Part shown: piece by piece, positions 50,964 to 63,624 of the stretch | How the letters are laid out: each line of letters opens with the position of its first letter | Numbering within the stretch: position 1 is the stretch's first letter | DNA from: Syncephalis fuscata S228 | Lineage: Eukaryota > Fungi > Zoopagomycota | DNA: 64,000 nt | Direction: 5' to 3' | Assembly: GCA_025786725.1 (NCBI GenBank) | Contig: JAHLTZ010000008.1 | Coordinates: 1 to 64,000, forward strand | Program-made: the position numbers and the translations under genes | The notes under the pieces: generated by a model | What the model saw: only the letters and a program-made list of their open reading frames with translations | What the model was told of the DNA's origin: nothing | The model's database searches: none

Positions 50964-53071
50964 GGTGATATTGATTTGTTGAAACAAAAAAGGTAGAACA
51001 AAAGTAGAATATGGTGATAGTGAGTATTGGTAGAAAGCAGATTGTGATGATGATATTAATGGTTAGTTATGTATATTATGCCTTCTATTTAAGTCCATGA
51101 TTATCTTGAAATACCAATATACTGTGTTGTATAGGCTATGTCAGTGAGATGAAAATAAGCCAATGGACTATGTCTAAATAATATTTCAAAGCACACGTGT
51201 AATATTGGAGTAACGCTATGATGAAGCTCAATCCAGCTTTTCGTTCTAGCTTGTTTGGCAACACCATGAAAAGAAATGTACTAGCTCTATAAAGCAGTTG
51301 TAATACCAGCTTTTCTCTGTCTTTATTCCCTGAAAGCTGTAATAACTAGTATTAATGTTTGCCCGAATAAAGCACACCAATTATATTGCAATAACTTCAA
51401 TACAAGGAATTGGCATTGCTAAATAGGCCTTTATTGTTTTGCATAAACAGGTTACAATTTCTCAAGTCGTAAGAATATGCTGCTTTAATGCTGTGGATAT
51501 TGTTACAAAAAAGAAGTGTGTTATATCCAAACATATGGACGTCACACAATGTGTAATCTTTGGCATTTAAGATGACTGTTGATTGAAATTTACCAAGAAT
51601 TGGCTGTGCAATAAGGACTGCTGTGGTTTGCTGTATTACCACGTCTTTAGCAATAATTATTTTACTTAGTCATTTATATAATCGAATGTTCGACTGTGAA
51701 ATAGCCTGTATTCATTACACACATGCAATACGATTTTTAAAACTAAAATACACACATCATACAATACCAAACAGATAATGCCAGTGTTGAATGCACAATG
51801 GCAGTGTGCCGCATATTAATCAATAATCACTCAAGATTTAGTCGATAATATATGCTTCTGGGCGGGATTCTGATAATAGATTAAGCAAAGTTGCTTATAA
51901 AGTAACAAACCAAAACAGAGATTAATGGAAAGCAAGTTGCACTCCAAATATTAATTGATTTTGTATTATCATCGGTTTAATGAACAAGAAATAAACTATT
52001 GCAATCAAACTAAATTAAATACAGTTTAACAAACATTTAACAATTTGACTATTCTTCTAAATTGAATTGGCAAACATTTATACTCAATGAAAATTTAATA
52101 TTTGTAATATTTCCTTCTAAATGATGCAATATTTGCATTGTGATGATTTATGAACGAAAGAAACAGCAGTGTGGTACCATATACTACCCATAGAAATCAC
52201 AGCATATGGGCAAGGCATCTTATTATATTATTCCAGATATTTGCACAATTATATTAAAACATAAGAAAAAGACTATAGAAAGTATGTTAGCTAATAAATA
52301 CTGATTACTACCACACCGCTCATTTATTCTAATGGCATTCGATGCTTATTCTAACTTATCTTGCTTCATTTTCTCTACTCGCTCATTTCTGAATTATAAT
52401 CCTTTTTTATCTTCTCTTGCGTTATTATTGATTAGTACGCACACATCCAGCTTTTTGATAAATATTTTTAATTGTTTAAAATAGATATCACTATTTTCAG
52501 CAGTAGTTTCCATTTTATTGTAATGATGTTATTATGCTGTCTAGTTGGCTCAACAGCAATACAAGTGAAAAAACATACTCTTCAATTGGTGATTGCTGTA
52601 ATTGTTATTATAATAATGCTATACTTGCAAATGAATATCATTGATCGCATTACTAACATATATTGCTACAATTTCTACATACATAACTGTTGTTTGAGTG
52701 ACAACATAATGTTATACACACACTAATTTATGCTTATGGTTAATACAGTACATTTTTACAAGTTTTTGTGTTAATATCTCTACTCGTTTAATGTTTATCA
52801 ATTGCCGAATCTAAATAAGTGCAGACATAAATATAATAACTTAATCAAAGACAATTAAAATAAAATCACATGTTTATTACTATAAGTTTGCACAACTGAA
52901 TAGACACAGCTATGCGCATACTTGTTAATAATATAATGATGCCATAGATTAAAGAGTGGAGAAGCTGGGACATTGGATGAAACTTGATATATGAATGTGC
53001 TGACCAACAGCTGTCTAATAGCTTTGTTTTCACAAAATATATATTTAAAGCATATTGAAGTAGTAATTCAA

Positions 53072-53335
53072 TTACATTACTTTTAAATGACCGGAGCCAT
53101 TACCGCTAGTGCCAACGTGAGCATAGATGCCTTCGTAGGCAGGAGCGCAACTAGTGCAATAGCCATCATCATCTCGACATTTGCAAGCGCCAAAAGGAGG
53201 AATGGGGCCTCTGTCTTCGTTAGAATCTTTGTCTTTTGGCACGCGACGAATTAGAGCTGGCTTAGCATCCACCATGGCTGTAGTAGCTACGAAAGCCACC
53301 ACGATGGTGCAAACAATGGCAATGGAAAGCTTCAT
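53072..53335 (-). CDS. Small secreted Cys-rich protein (87 aa), intronless paralog of the micro-exon gene
   Basis: MKLSIAIVCTIVVAFVATTAMVDA signal peptide, KPALIRR pro-segment with dibasic site, then CKC-x6-CTSC. Confidence 0.85.
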   Translation of the reverse strand: MKLSIAIVCTIVVAFVATTAMVDAKPALIRRVPKDKDSNEDRGPIPPFGACKCRDDDGYCTSCAPAYEGIYAHVGTSGNGSGHLKVM

Positions 53336-54947
53336 GGTGATGTTGACTTGTTGAAACAAAGTAGAGCAAGTAGAAAGTGGTAGTTTAAAGTAGGTAGTTG
53401 CAAGTACTTGCCAGCAAGTAAAATGATAACCTAGTGTATGTGGTCTCCTAGAGTAAAATGTAGTGAGTACTTGGTAGAAAGTAGAGTGTGATGATGATAG
53501 TACCGGTCAGTTGTGTGGATTTGTGGGCTATTTAACGTGTATTGTGTTGTGAAAGCATCCAATCAATGTATAGAGCAGCGGACTTATTAATTTGCTACTC
53601 AATGTAGTAACATAATTGCTAAATAATTAATGATGGGAAAAAATATTAATAGTATACCTATAAATGTATGTGTTGCATTATAAGGAAATACTAAATAAGG
53701 CATATTTCTGATATTGCCCTAGTTAGTTGTGTGAATTTGTGAGCTATCCAACTTTGTAACTACGCTAAAGCGCCAAGAAATGCACTGTATTAACTATTCC
53801 ATTGACGTTCAATGGAAATTAATAATAACACTTACATGACGATTTTAATTGTGCGTATACTGATATACCAATAGCGTGTTATTATACAGATAATTCATCA
53901 ACTCAGCTTACTCAGACATCTGAAATAGCAATACCGGTGATTCAATACGTATACGCTACAGGGGTATGCACATTAACCTGCATTTATTACGCAGTTTGGA
54001 CATTTAACGATATAAATTGTAATTTACAAAAAGAATAATGACTACTCTGCAGTCCCTTCTGTCACGTTAAATTACAATATATATATGCACACCAAACCAT
54101 ACACAATATTAATGCATCAAGTTTTATACAATATATTAATATTTTTATACAATATATACTATTGCGCATAAATCAAACGTATCTTTTTGAAACATAAAAT
54201 GTGCCGTATTTAAACATATGAATGCCAAGCGCTGCACAATTTGCGACATTTCAGACAGCTGTTAATCAAATTAGCTGAGAATCGACTATATAATAAAGAC
54301 TTTTGTAGTATAATGCATTACAGTATTTTCAGGAACAAACTATTACATCCAATCATTCATACAACTAAATTTTTGACTGCAAAGTGATTTATATTCGTCA
54401 AGCTAAATGCAACGCAGTTTGTGTACAATAAAATACGCACATCATACAGCTCCAGATAGATATTTCAGTGCCAAATCTATAATGGTAGCAGACTGCACAT
54501 CAGCTAGTAATCATTTATGGATTATTTAATAGCCTATGCTTTTATAAATCAATTTACATAACAAACTAAGGCAGAGATCAATGCAAAACAATTTGCGACT
54601 CAAATATTAATTGGTTTAGTCTTATTACCAAGTTATTAAACAAAAATTAAAAGCATTGCAACTATAATAAACTAAATTAAGTTTATTATAAATTTAACTG
54701 ATGTTGGTGCAACTAGAAAAATAACGCTATGCAGAATTGAAGTACAAAAAACATAAAAAATGTACATAGCATCCAATAGTTTAGTTAATCTTTTAAAATT
54801 GAATTAGCAATTTTATACTTAAATGGCACTTTAGTATTCGTAGTATTTCCTTCTATACGTAACGACATTTGCGTTATTTAAAGACTTATGTTTAGTGTTA
54901 ACTATGCAAATAAATACACTATTCATATTGCACATAATATAATGTTA

Positions 54948-55531
54948 CTGTTTTAAAAACTAGAGACAATAACAAGTTGACTAAGTAAAATGCTAAAATA
55001 CTTGATTCATAACTATCCAGTGTATTGGCACAGTTTAGACAATAAAATAAACTGAAACAAATTTTGGAATATAAACTAAACATTGAAAGCAAAATAAATG
55101 ATGCTACTTATGTATAATAAATGTACGCGTATTTATATTGACATGCTGAATGGATATTGGATATGAATAAGTGATAGAACTTGAACACTTTTCTTGTTCT
55201 TCTTTCTTCGCGTGGTTCCTATTAGCTCATAAGACTAGTCGTGTGAATTGAATACCAATTTAGTCCAAAAACTGCTTGTATTATTGATGATATAGAATAT
55301 ACTTAATAATAGCATTTGTGTTACTATATACTTGCGGCTGTTTGCATGTATGTTAATAGCATTGGACCTTGTATGCTGATCAGGCCATATGATCAAATAT
55401 TCATGTGGTGAAATAGTTAATCACGTGATCTACAGATTATATTATCCATTAATTTAATCACGTGACATAATTAGTAGAATTAAGAATATACTGCAATTAT
55501 GGAACAGTAGCGACTGCTTAAATATTATTGT
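54948..55531 (+). repeat. Second copy of the ~580-bp duplication, upstream of acyl-CoA oxidase copy 3
   Basis: Near-identical to 37313-37893; TCACGTGA at 55421 and 55458. Confidence 0.93.
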
Positions 55532-56204
55532 AACGAAGATACCATTAGTTTAAGTAATATTAATTCTTTAAAATTTATACAATAAATTTATATTTAGTAT
55601 ACAAATATGGTATGCGCATAGCTACCTATATTTAATAGAATGTCAGTATTCAAGATTGGTATTATTGTATTTCTAGTTATTAGCTAAACCTTAGCAATAA
55701 GCCATGTTTCTTAGAATTTTCTCTTTTTAATATTAAGACAGCAGCAAATTTGTAGGGTACCCGTTTTTTAAATGCATATCAACAACACAACTGTGGTAAT
55801 CATATTAAACGGCAACAGGCCTTATGTATCGCGAATATTCCAACCATGTAATACAGCAATGTCGTTGATGGCCAACCATACAAAATAGAAGCGATATTTC
55901 TTAATTAGTATTATTTTTATTGAAAATGGTCGTGTTAACTGAATTTTTAACATTGATATAGATTAGATTTGTAATAAAATTCCAAATAATGAGAAGCAGC
56001 TAATCGAAAAATTAAAAAATGTGGGTTCTAAGGTATGTGTAGTAATCGGCATGTATATATGCCGACCACTTGACGGAACGCTCACAGCAAAGCGGGCCGT
56101 AAGTTTCCCGCTTTGTTACACTTGTGCATTATAAATATATATATAAATTATTACTACAATACACCAACACCTCTTTTCATATTACGTTTTACTTGTTTAT
56201 TACT

Positions 56205-58460
56205 ATGTCGTCACTACCACCGTCGTCTTCTTCTGGCTCCAATGCCTCCAAAGCTGGCACAACACCAGTCTCTGGCTCATTACCTACGCCAAATATTATA
56301 TCTTCCAACGCTGCTAGCTATGCACCACCACTAACACGCACTTGGCAGCAACACCCTGACCTGGCTCGTGAGCGTTCGCTAGCATCGTTTACGCCACGCC
56401 AACTTACGCATATTCTTAACGGTGGCGCTGAACAAACCGAGCGCATTGAAACCATTCGCCAACAGCTAAATCAAGAGCCAATATTTGACAAAACACATGG
56501 CTACCATCTTAATCACGAAGGTCTTTATCTTCGTGGATTGCAGATGATGGAAAGATTTAGAAAATTACGCGTGGAACATCGTTGGTCTACTGACGATGTA
56601 GCCATTGCTTATAAAGAAATATCTGAAGGCTTGCCGGTACTACTTAATGATGATTTATTTATTAAAACATTGAAGGAGCAGGCTACGGACGAGCAGCAAG
56701 CGATATGGGTTCCATTGGCTGAGAACTGGGGCATTCTAGGATGTTATGCACAGACCGAAATGGCTCATGGATCTAATGTTCGTGGAGTTGAAACAACAGC
56801 CATCTTTTTGCCCAACACTGATGAAATCGAACTTAATACGCCAACGCTATCCAGTGTCAAATGGTGGCCTGGCGCATTAGGAAAAACAGCCAATGTTGCT
56901 GTTGTCATGGCTCAGCTGATTCTTCCTGGCAATCGCCGTGCTGGTGTACTACCGTTTATGGTTCAACTTCGCTCATTCAAAGACCATACATTGCTTCCTG
57001 GTGTGGAAACAGGCGATATTGGACCAAAGATTGGATTTAACGCCATTGATAATGGCTATCTTTCGTTAAAGAAAGTACGCATACCTCGGATTAATATGCT
57101 GATGCGTCATGTAGAATTAACACGCGAGGGAGAGCTAAGACGTCGTGGCCAACACGATCAGCGACACGTTTATGGAACTTTGCTATACGCTCGTGTAAAC
57201 ATTATATCGGACGCTAGTTTGGGGATAGCCCAAGGTGCTACTATTGCTACACGCTATTCATTAGTACGCCGACAATTTAGTCACTCAGAAACTGATAAGA
57301 ATGCCGCTGAAGTAGTAGTTTTAGATCATCAAAGTCAACAACAACGTGTTATCACTCCAATCAGTGAAGCATATGCAGTCCATTTTACTGGCCAAAGAAT
57401 GAAGCAGTTGTATCACCGCCTTATATCACCAGGTCTATCGCCTGAAGTAGCATCAGCTTTATTATCTGAATCTCATGGATCGGCATCCGCTTTAAAATCC
57501 TATGTTACAGACATGACTGCAGAATCACTTGAGACACTTCGTCGTGCATGTGGCGGTCATGGCTACAGCCAATTTAGTGGCTTGCCTGACTTGTTAACTT
57601 TATATTTGCAATTTAATACAGTAGAAGGAGAAAATCATGTAATGGCCCAACAAGCAGCTCGTATCTTACTTCGACGCTACAGCAATTTGCAATCTGCTGC
57701 TGATGCTACCCATACTGCTAGTGTTGACGAGCGCTACATGTTATCTGTGTCAGCGCAACAACTTGAAAATGACCGTTGCACGGTAGTTATTGCAGAAGAC
57801 TTGCGCAATCCAAAGCTTTATTTACACGCATTTGAACGCCGCGCAGCTCATCACTTGTCATGCTTGCATCGCCGCCGCACACAAGGTTCACCATTTGCAG
57901 AATGCCATGTCGATGTTGAACGAGTTGTTCGTGCACATGCTGAGCTGTATGTGGTGCGCAGCTTTGTAGAGGCGCTTTATCCAGAGTTTAGACTTGATGA
58001 GCATACATTAGCCGGAGAAGCAGCACCGATTGATATACCGCAGCCAATCCATAGCGTACTAAGCCGCCTATGTGATTTGTTTGCGCTAACTCGCATATCG
58101 AGGGAGCTAGGGGACCATTTGGAAGCCGGCTACCTCCAGTCGACACATGGACCATTGGTTAGAGCAGCTATCCGCCGACTATTGCAAGAAATAAGACCAG
58201 ATGCATTGGCACTTGTTGATGCATTTAATATTTCAGATAGTCGTCTAGGAAGCGCAATTGGTCGATGGGACGGCCGAGTCTACGAAGCATTGGCGGCAAT
58301 GGCACAATCCAATCCAATGAATCGCACCGATGTCACACCAGGCTATGAGCCGCCCGCAGGAGCACTAGCCATCGACGGCCACTCCTACCGAGGACTGAAA
58401 GGCATATTTGAAGATGGCTGGCATCATGTTGGCCACACTCGCATTCCGGCCAAACTTTAA
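56205..58460 (+). CDS. Peroxisomal acyl-CoA oxidase, copy 3 (intact, intronless)
   Basis: Uninterrupted ORF with [56 protein letters not shown] and PTS1 AKL. Confidence 0.96.
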   Translation: MSSLPPSSSSGSNASKAGTTPVSGSLPTPNIISSNAASYAPPLTRTWQQHPDLARERSLASFTPRQLTHILNGGAEQTERIETIRQQLNQEPIFDKTHGYHLNHEGLYLRGLQMMERFRKLRVEHRWSTDDVAIAYKEISEGLPVLLNDDLFIKTLKEQATDEQQAIWVPLAENWGILGCYAQTEMAHGSNVRGVETTAIFLPNTDEIELNTPTLSSVKWWPGALGKTANVAVVMAQLILPGNRRAGVLPFMVQLRSFKDHTLLPGVETGDIGPKIGFNAIDNGYLSLKKVRIPRINMLMRHVELTREGELRRRGQHDQRHVYGTLLYARVNIISDASLGIAQGATIATRYSLVRRQFSHSETDKNAAEVVVLDHQSQQQRVITPISEAYAVHFTGQRMKQLYHRLISPGLSPEVASALLSESHGSASALKSYVTDMTAESLETLRRACGGHGYSQFSGLPDLLTLYLQFNTVEGENHVMAQQAARILLRRYSNLQSAADATHTASVDERYMLSVSAQQLENDRCTVVIAEDLRNPKLYLHAFERRAAHHLSCLHRRRTQGSPFAECHVDVERVVRAHAELYVVRSFVEALYPEFRLDEHTLAGEAAPIDIPQPIHSVLSRLCDLFALTRISRELGDHLEAGYLQSTHGPLVRAAIRRLLQEIRPDALALVDAFNISDSRLGSAIGRWDGRVYEALAAMAQSNPMNRTDVTPGYEPPAGALAIDGHSYRGLKGIFEDGWHHVGHTRIPAKL

Positions 58461-58634
58461 ACGATAACAATTACAAACTTTAATGAGTATTACAATAAAG
58501 CTACGATAACTTATAAATATCGATGATAAATGTTTATTGCTCTACTAGTTTCTTTAAAGCTGCTTTATGTTGTGTGCTGTTTAACATTATTATTCAATTG
58601 ATTTTTATTAATAATCTAGTATAATTTGTGGTTA

Positions 58635-58750
58635 AATGACTAACATCTAATAACGTCCAATCTATTGAACATGATGTTGGGTGGTGAATGACATCAATCA
58701 TCAAATACTCGTCATCATAGATTCGTTATCCAATACACATATATCCTTCA
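58635..58750 (-). repeat. Further copy of the 4440-5150 repeat core
   Basis: AAATGACTAACATCTAATAACGTCCAATCTATTGAACATGATGTTGGGTGGTGAATGACATCAA is the reverse complement of ~4914-4978. Confidence 0.8.
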
Positions 58751-59509
58751 TTTATCCATATTATCATTATTGCATAGTCATATCATTGTATATCATTATA
58801 TCGTATACTAAACACCTTTTATTTAATTGTTATTTGTTTGGCACTAGCTATATTAGTTGTATGATTTGATTTATTCCACTTATTAAACCGTATATAGTAT
58901 AGCTTTAGTTCCATTACTTACGCACTCCGCTTTATTATTTTATTCTATTGTATGCCGGTATATATTCTAATAGGTACGTTATTCCTAAAGTCTATTTGTT
59001 TGCCGTTAGCTGCACTTATCACATAGTATGACTTGCTTGGTTTGCTCATTACACACATATATATATACAATAACCTTTTTACTACTAGTTTTATTTTTAC
59101 TACTTGTCAATACTAATATATTATAAGGACATGATACGTATCAATCATCAATGAATGTGAATAATATGTGCTATATATATATGTCATTGCCATAAAATGT
59201 ATACTAGAAAGTAATTAATTATTTATTAATTTATTATTATTACAATATATTAATAATATCGTCCAATGATTATAATATTAATTAACAAATACTACATTTT
59301 TATTAAATAAAGTAAATTACTCTTATCGATTAAACCGATTATTATTATTAACCATTCAACATTAAAATTAACTACACATATACACGTAATAAAAAGCAGT
59401 AGTGTATAAAACAGTCAATGATATTTAATGCTTGCTATTAAGCGTTATACACTAACATCATAAAAGAAACACAGAAGCAGTGACGATAATAGGAAAACAA
59501 CATGCCATT

Positions 59510-60285
59510 TTAACCGGCCATCAGCTTTTTAATAAATTCTATCATAAAGTTATGCCTTGTTAATAATAATAATAATACTAATAATACTAAACTTACCTTC
59601 ATAATTGATATTGCCATCGTGATCCTTTTCGGCAATACGCAATAGCTGATCAACCTCGGATTCCTTTAATTTCTCACCGAGACTAGTCAATACTACACAC
59701 ACAGTATATTAATACCACTATGTAACTCATCATTTATTTCATCATTGCATAACTACTTACCATAACGTAGTTCACCTGTCGAAATGTAATTAGTGCCTTC
59801 TTTGTCAAAGACCCGGAAGCCTTTAACAAAATCTTCAAAGGTGCCGGGTGGTTGAAAGCCACCTGATCTACCTAGAATATTTGTAAACTCTTCATACGTT
59901 AATCCAGGTTCGCCATTCACTAAATAAAAGTAAATGGATTACGAGTGATTAGGAGGCAAGTCCGCTAATCAAAAGTCATTTCTATCCCTTACTGTCGACT
60001 GTATTGGCCGATGCTGCCAATTCAGCAATTTGTTTCTCGGTAGGATTCTGGTTGCATGAGCGTAACAAGTCACCCAACGAGCTTAGCGGTACTTGGCCAC
60101 GACCACTTCGGTCGAATAAAGCAAAGGTTTCTTTGAAATCTATAGTCCAAGTTTAATATACTATTCAATAATAGCAAGTAATAACCTACCTGATTCTTGA
60201 TCGGCAGTGAATCGTGTCTATCAATATAGACTAGTTGTTAGCGCTTTTATTCTTTAACCAGCAACATCATCATCATCTTTACCAT
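59510..60285 (-). CDS. Myosin essential light chain (Mlc1/Cdc4 type EF-hand protein); ATG-only first coding exon
   Basis: [15 protein letters not shown]...[66 protein letters not shown]. Confidence 0.93.
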
Positions 60286-60640
60286 ATTTAAAAGTGTTGT
60301 ATTCAAGTAGATGAAAAATAAGTAGCGGTGTTGTGAAAGAGACAAGGAAAAAGGCCGACTTGTCACCACCATACGTCGTTTGTTCACACTTTACACCATT
60401 TAGATCAGCTGATAATTTAAAAGGTCCATTTTTAGTAATAAAATCACTGACGTCATCGGTAAAATCATTAATACAATAGCAAGCGATGATGATGAAAGAG
60501 GAGAAATCAATGAAAACACAAATAGTATATCATCATTATGGTAGCAATAATAATAAAGAATAAAAAAGAGAAAAATGCTTAAATGAAACAGAGAAAGTGT
60601 AAAATAATCCTAATACACAACACATGGATAGAGAATATTA

Positions 60641-63352
60641 TCATTCAAAATCACTATCCTCTTCTGATGGATAAGAGTCGTTTTCAAGTCCAAATGACTT
60701 GATAGAGGCAGAGGATGGCCGGTTTGGTGAAGTAGGAGAGAAGGCCGATAATCGATGTTGTTCACTATATTGTGGCGTGAATGATGAAGACGCATGAAGA
60801 GCCGTTGGGGCTATTGGTGTAGTTGGTGTAGCGGGAGTAATCGTCGTTGTAACTATGGCCATCTTTATTACCGAGTCTTCTGAAGGCAATTCATCATCAG
60901 TATCTTCTTCTTCTCCGATATCTGGATGTTGCCATTGAAGATTAAAGAGTGCATGGGCATTAGGCACCGACATGGGACGTGAACTGGGCGTAAATGTCGC
61001 ACTTGATGATACTGATGACGATGATGGTGATTCATGTGTATCCATTCTATGGCTATGTGCGACACTCGATGAATGGTGAAAAGTCGTTGCCCGAGGTCGT
61101 TTATCTTCACCTGGACTGTTGGTGGTAACTCTTCTTCTAATACGTATCAAAGGTGGTGGTAATGATGATGATGATGCAAATGATGGCACATTAGTTGGGA
61201 AATCTTCAACTGCTGTTGTAGCAGATGATACGCGTGGTGTCATTGGTGTCGGTAACAACATGTCCTCATATGTTCATCTTCTTGATCACTGCCTCCACTG
61301 CTAGTATGATGATGATGAATATTAGTATTAATACCATTAGTATTTGTATTAATATCATCGGTTTCTTTTTCATTTATACTATGTTCATGTGGATAAACAT
61401 GCTCTTCATCATTACTATGGCTATGGTTTCGTTCTTCTTGTTGTCGCATCCATTCGGCAAATGTGCAATCTTTAAGGGCACCGGCCATTTTTTCTTCCTG
61501 CAGTGTACTCCATTCACCGCCATATTCATGGCCAGGATAGACGACCAAATGATCGTCGAGACTGGCCAGTCTACGTAAACTACGCCACATCGCTTCTGGA
61601 CTGCCACCTGGCAAGTCAAGTCGACCACAACAACCAAGGAATAAAGTATCGCCTGTAAAGAGACGACGCCCATTTACTAGTAAGCATTGTGATCCGGGTG
61701 TATGGCCAGGCGTATGTAGAAATTGAATAGTAGTACGTCGTCCAAGTTTTAATACGTATCCATCCGGTGTGGGCCGTATCCGAGCTAGTGATAGACTAGG
61801 ATTGGCCGGTACAAGATCGGGGACATCTAATGGATGCACATAGGCCGTAGCAGTGGGTCGCTTCTTTAATACTGTGGCCAGTCCCGATACGCGTATACGA
61901 AATTGATCAAATGGTGGGGGCGGTGTACCACCTACATGGTCAAAATGATGATGTGTTACAATGGACCCCACTAGATTTAAATTCTCTCGCTTAATAATAT
62001 CAAGCAATCCTGGCACATCCCAACACGCATCGACGATAACACAGTCACGTGTATCACGATCGGCAATCAGATAAATAAAATTGCGCATCACACCGGCAAA
62101 TTCAAATATCTTATTTTGTATGGGCCGTAATGATTTAATAACTGCATAATCTCGACCTGCTAACAACTGCAGGGTAAATAATCCACTTTCTTGATCCTCT
62201 AATTTAATCTGTGCATTAGCCACACCAACCCGTGCATCTGGATTAGTAGGATCGCGTTGTAAACACTCCTCGTAACATGATAATGCTTCTTCATACTGTC
62301 TTAGACCCAGTAATGCTTCACCTTTTCTATAAAAACCTTTTCCCCAGTCTGGCCGTATACGAATAGCAATCTCTGCGTCTGCCTTGGCCTCCTCGTAGTC
62401 ATTAAGCATGCATCGAGAGGCTGAACGATTAGCATAGAGTAGGGCGGTAAAATCGGCCGTCTCTCCTCCTTTCCTTGTTAACTCGGCCAGCTTTTCATGA
62501 GGACTAAGCGGCGCCGATGATTGATAAATGCTGCTTGATTTATTGCCATCCACGACAAGTCGAATAGCCTTGCTATACTCGGATAATGCGGCTCTATATC
62601 GTTTACGATGAAACTGTTCATTGGCCCGACAGGTAAGACGATATAGATGTCTGTCTGGTGCTAATGCTCTAAACTGTGAATTACCACCGCTTAATGAAGC
62701 ATATGGATCAACATCTAACGAAGCAATGGATCCATAGCCAGATAATTGACTTGACATACTATGTATTGTGCTTGTATGGTGTGGATTTGACTGGTCATCC
62801 GATAAGGCAACCGATAATCGATTGGTACTGCCATTCTCATAGTTTCCCATCACAGATGGTGACAATGTAGTCGATGACGAGACTGTATCGATAGTTGATA
62901 AAGTGGTGACCGACGGTGATGGTCGGAGTGAGCTTAAACGCTTCTTTAATCCTAATAGGCGATGGCCTCCACCCATAGTATCTGTGTGACTAGTGTTATT
63001 GATGTTATTCGTGTTATGGTTGTTTATTTCGTTTAAATGATGATTGCTACTATTGATATCGCTATTGTGGTCACTAGAATGGTCACCAAGAGTATTAATA
63101 TGATTTATATTATGATTATTAGTGGGTGGTGGTAGTTTGTGTCGTCGTCGTCGTCGTCGTCGTAGTTGTAGTAGTGGCTCTATTACTGTCACCAAAATCG
63201 AATACACTACTGCTACTGCTTTGACTTCTACCCTTAAAGCTACCAAAACGGCCAAGATTAATACCGCCAACACTGGTGCCTCCACCTTCACGAACAGATG
63301 ATGTAGACGGAGATGCTGTAGTCGATGCAGTGGACATGGACGACATGAACAT
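60641..63352 (-). CDS. TPR-repeat + metallo-beta-lactamase (glyoxalase II-like) fusion protein with long low-complexity termini; apparent frameshifts at ~63125 and ~61270
   Basis: TPR motifs LYANRSASRCML.DYEEAKADAEIAIRIRPDWGKGFYRKGEAL. MBL motifs THHHFDH, HTPGHT, FTGD, YPGHEY. Confidence 0.88.
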
Positions 63353-63557
63353 TAGTCCCAAAAGAGTGGTTACGTGTACAAGTCAATATAAATAAACTAA
63401 CGTATAAACGGTAAAGTAGGAAATAGATTAGTAAAGGAATAGTGATGATAGCCGTTGTATAATAGCGAAAGAAGAAGAGGAGGAAAAGTGACGGCGGTGA
63501 ACATCAACCGCTCTTGATGGTAGAAGGTGCCGTATAAGAGATGTAGAAGTAGACAAG

Positions 63558-63584
63558 TAAGCAAACAAACAAACAGACAGACAA

Positions 63585-63623
<39 letters not shown>
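63558..63623 (+). repeat. Compound tetranucleotide microsatellite (CAAA)/(CAGA)/(TAGA)n
   Basis: Directly visible: CAAACAAACAAACAGACAGACAAATAGATAGATAGATAG... Confidence 0.95.

Positions 63624-63624
<1 letters not shown>

Noticed and set aside
50730-50987. 85-aa ORF from the track as a complete protein
   Set aside because: Similarity to the paralog ends at a GTATGT donor (50869); the rest is read-through into intron units.
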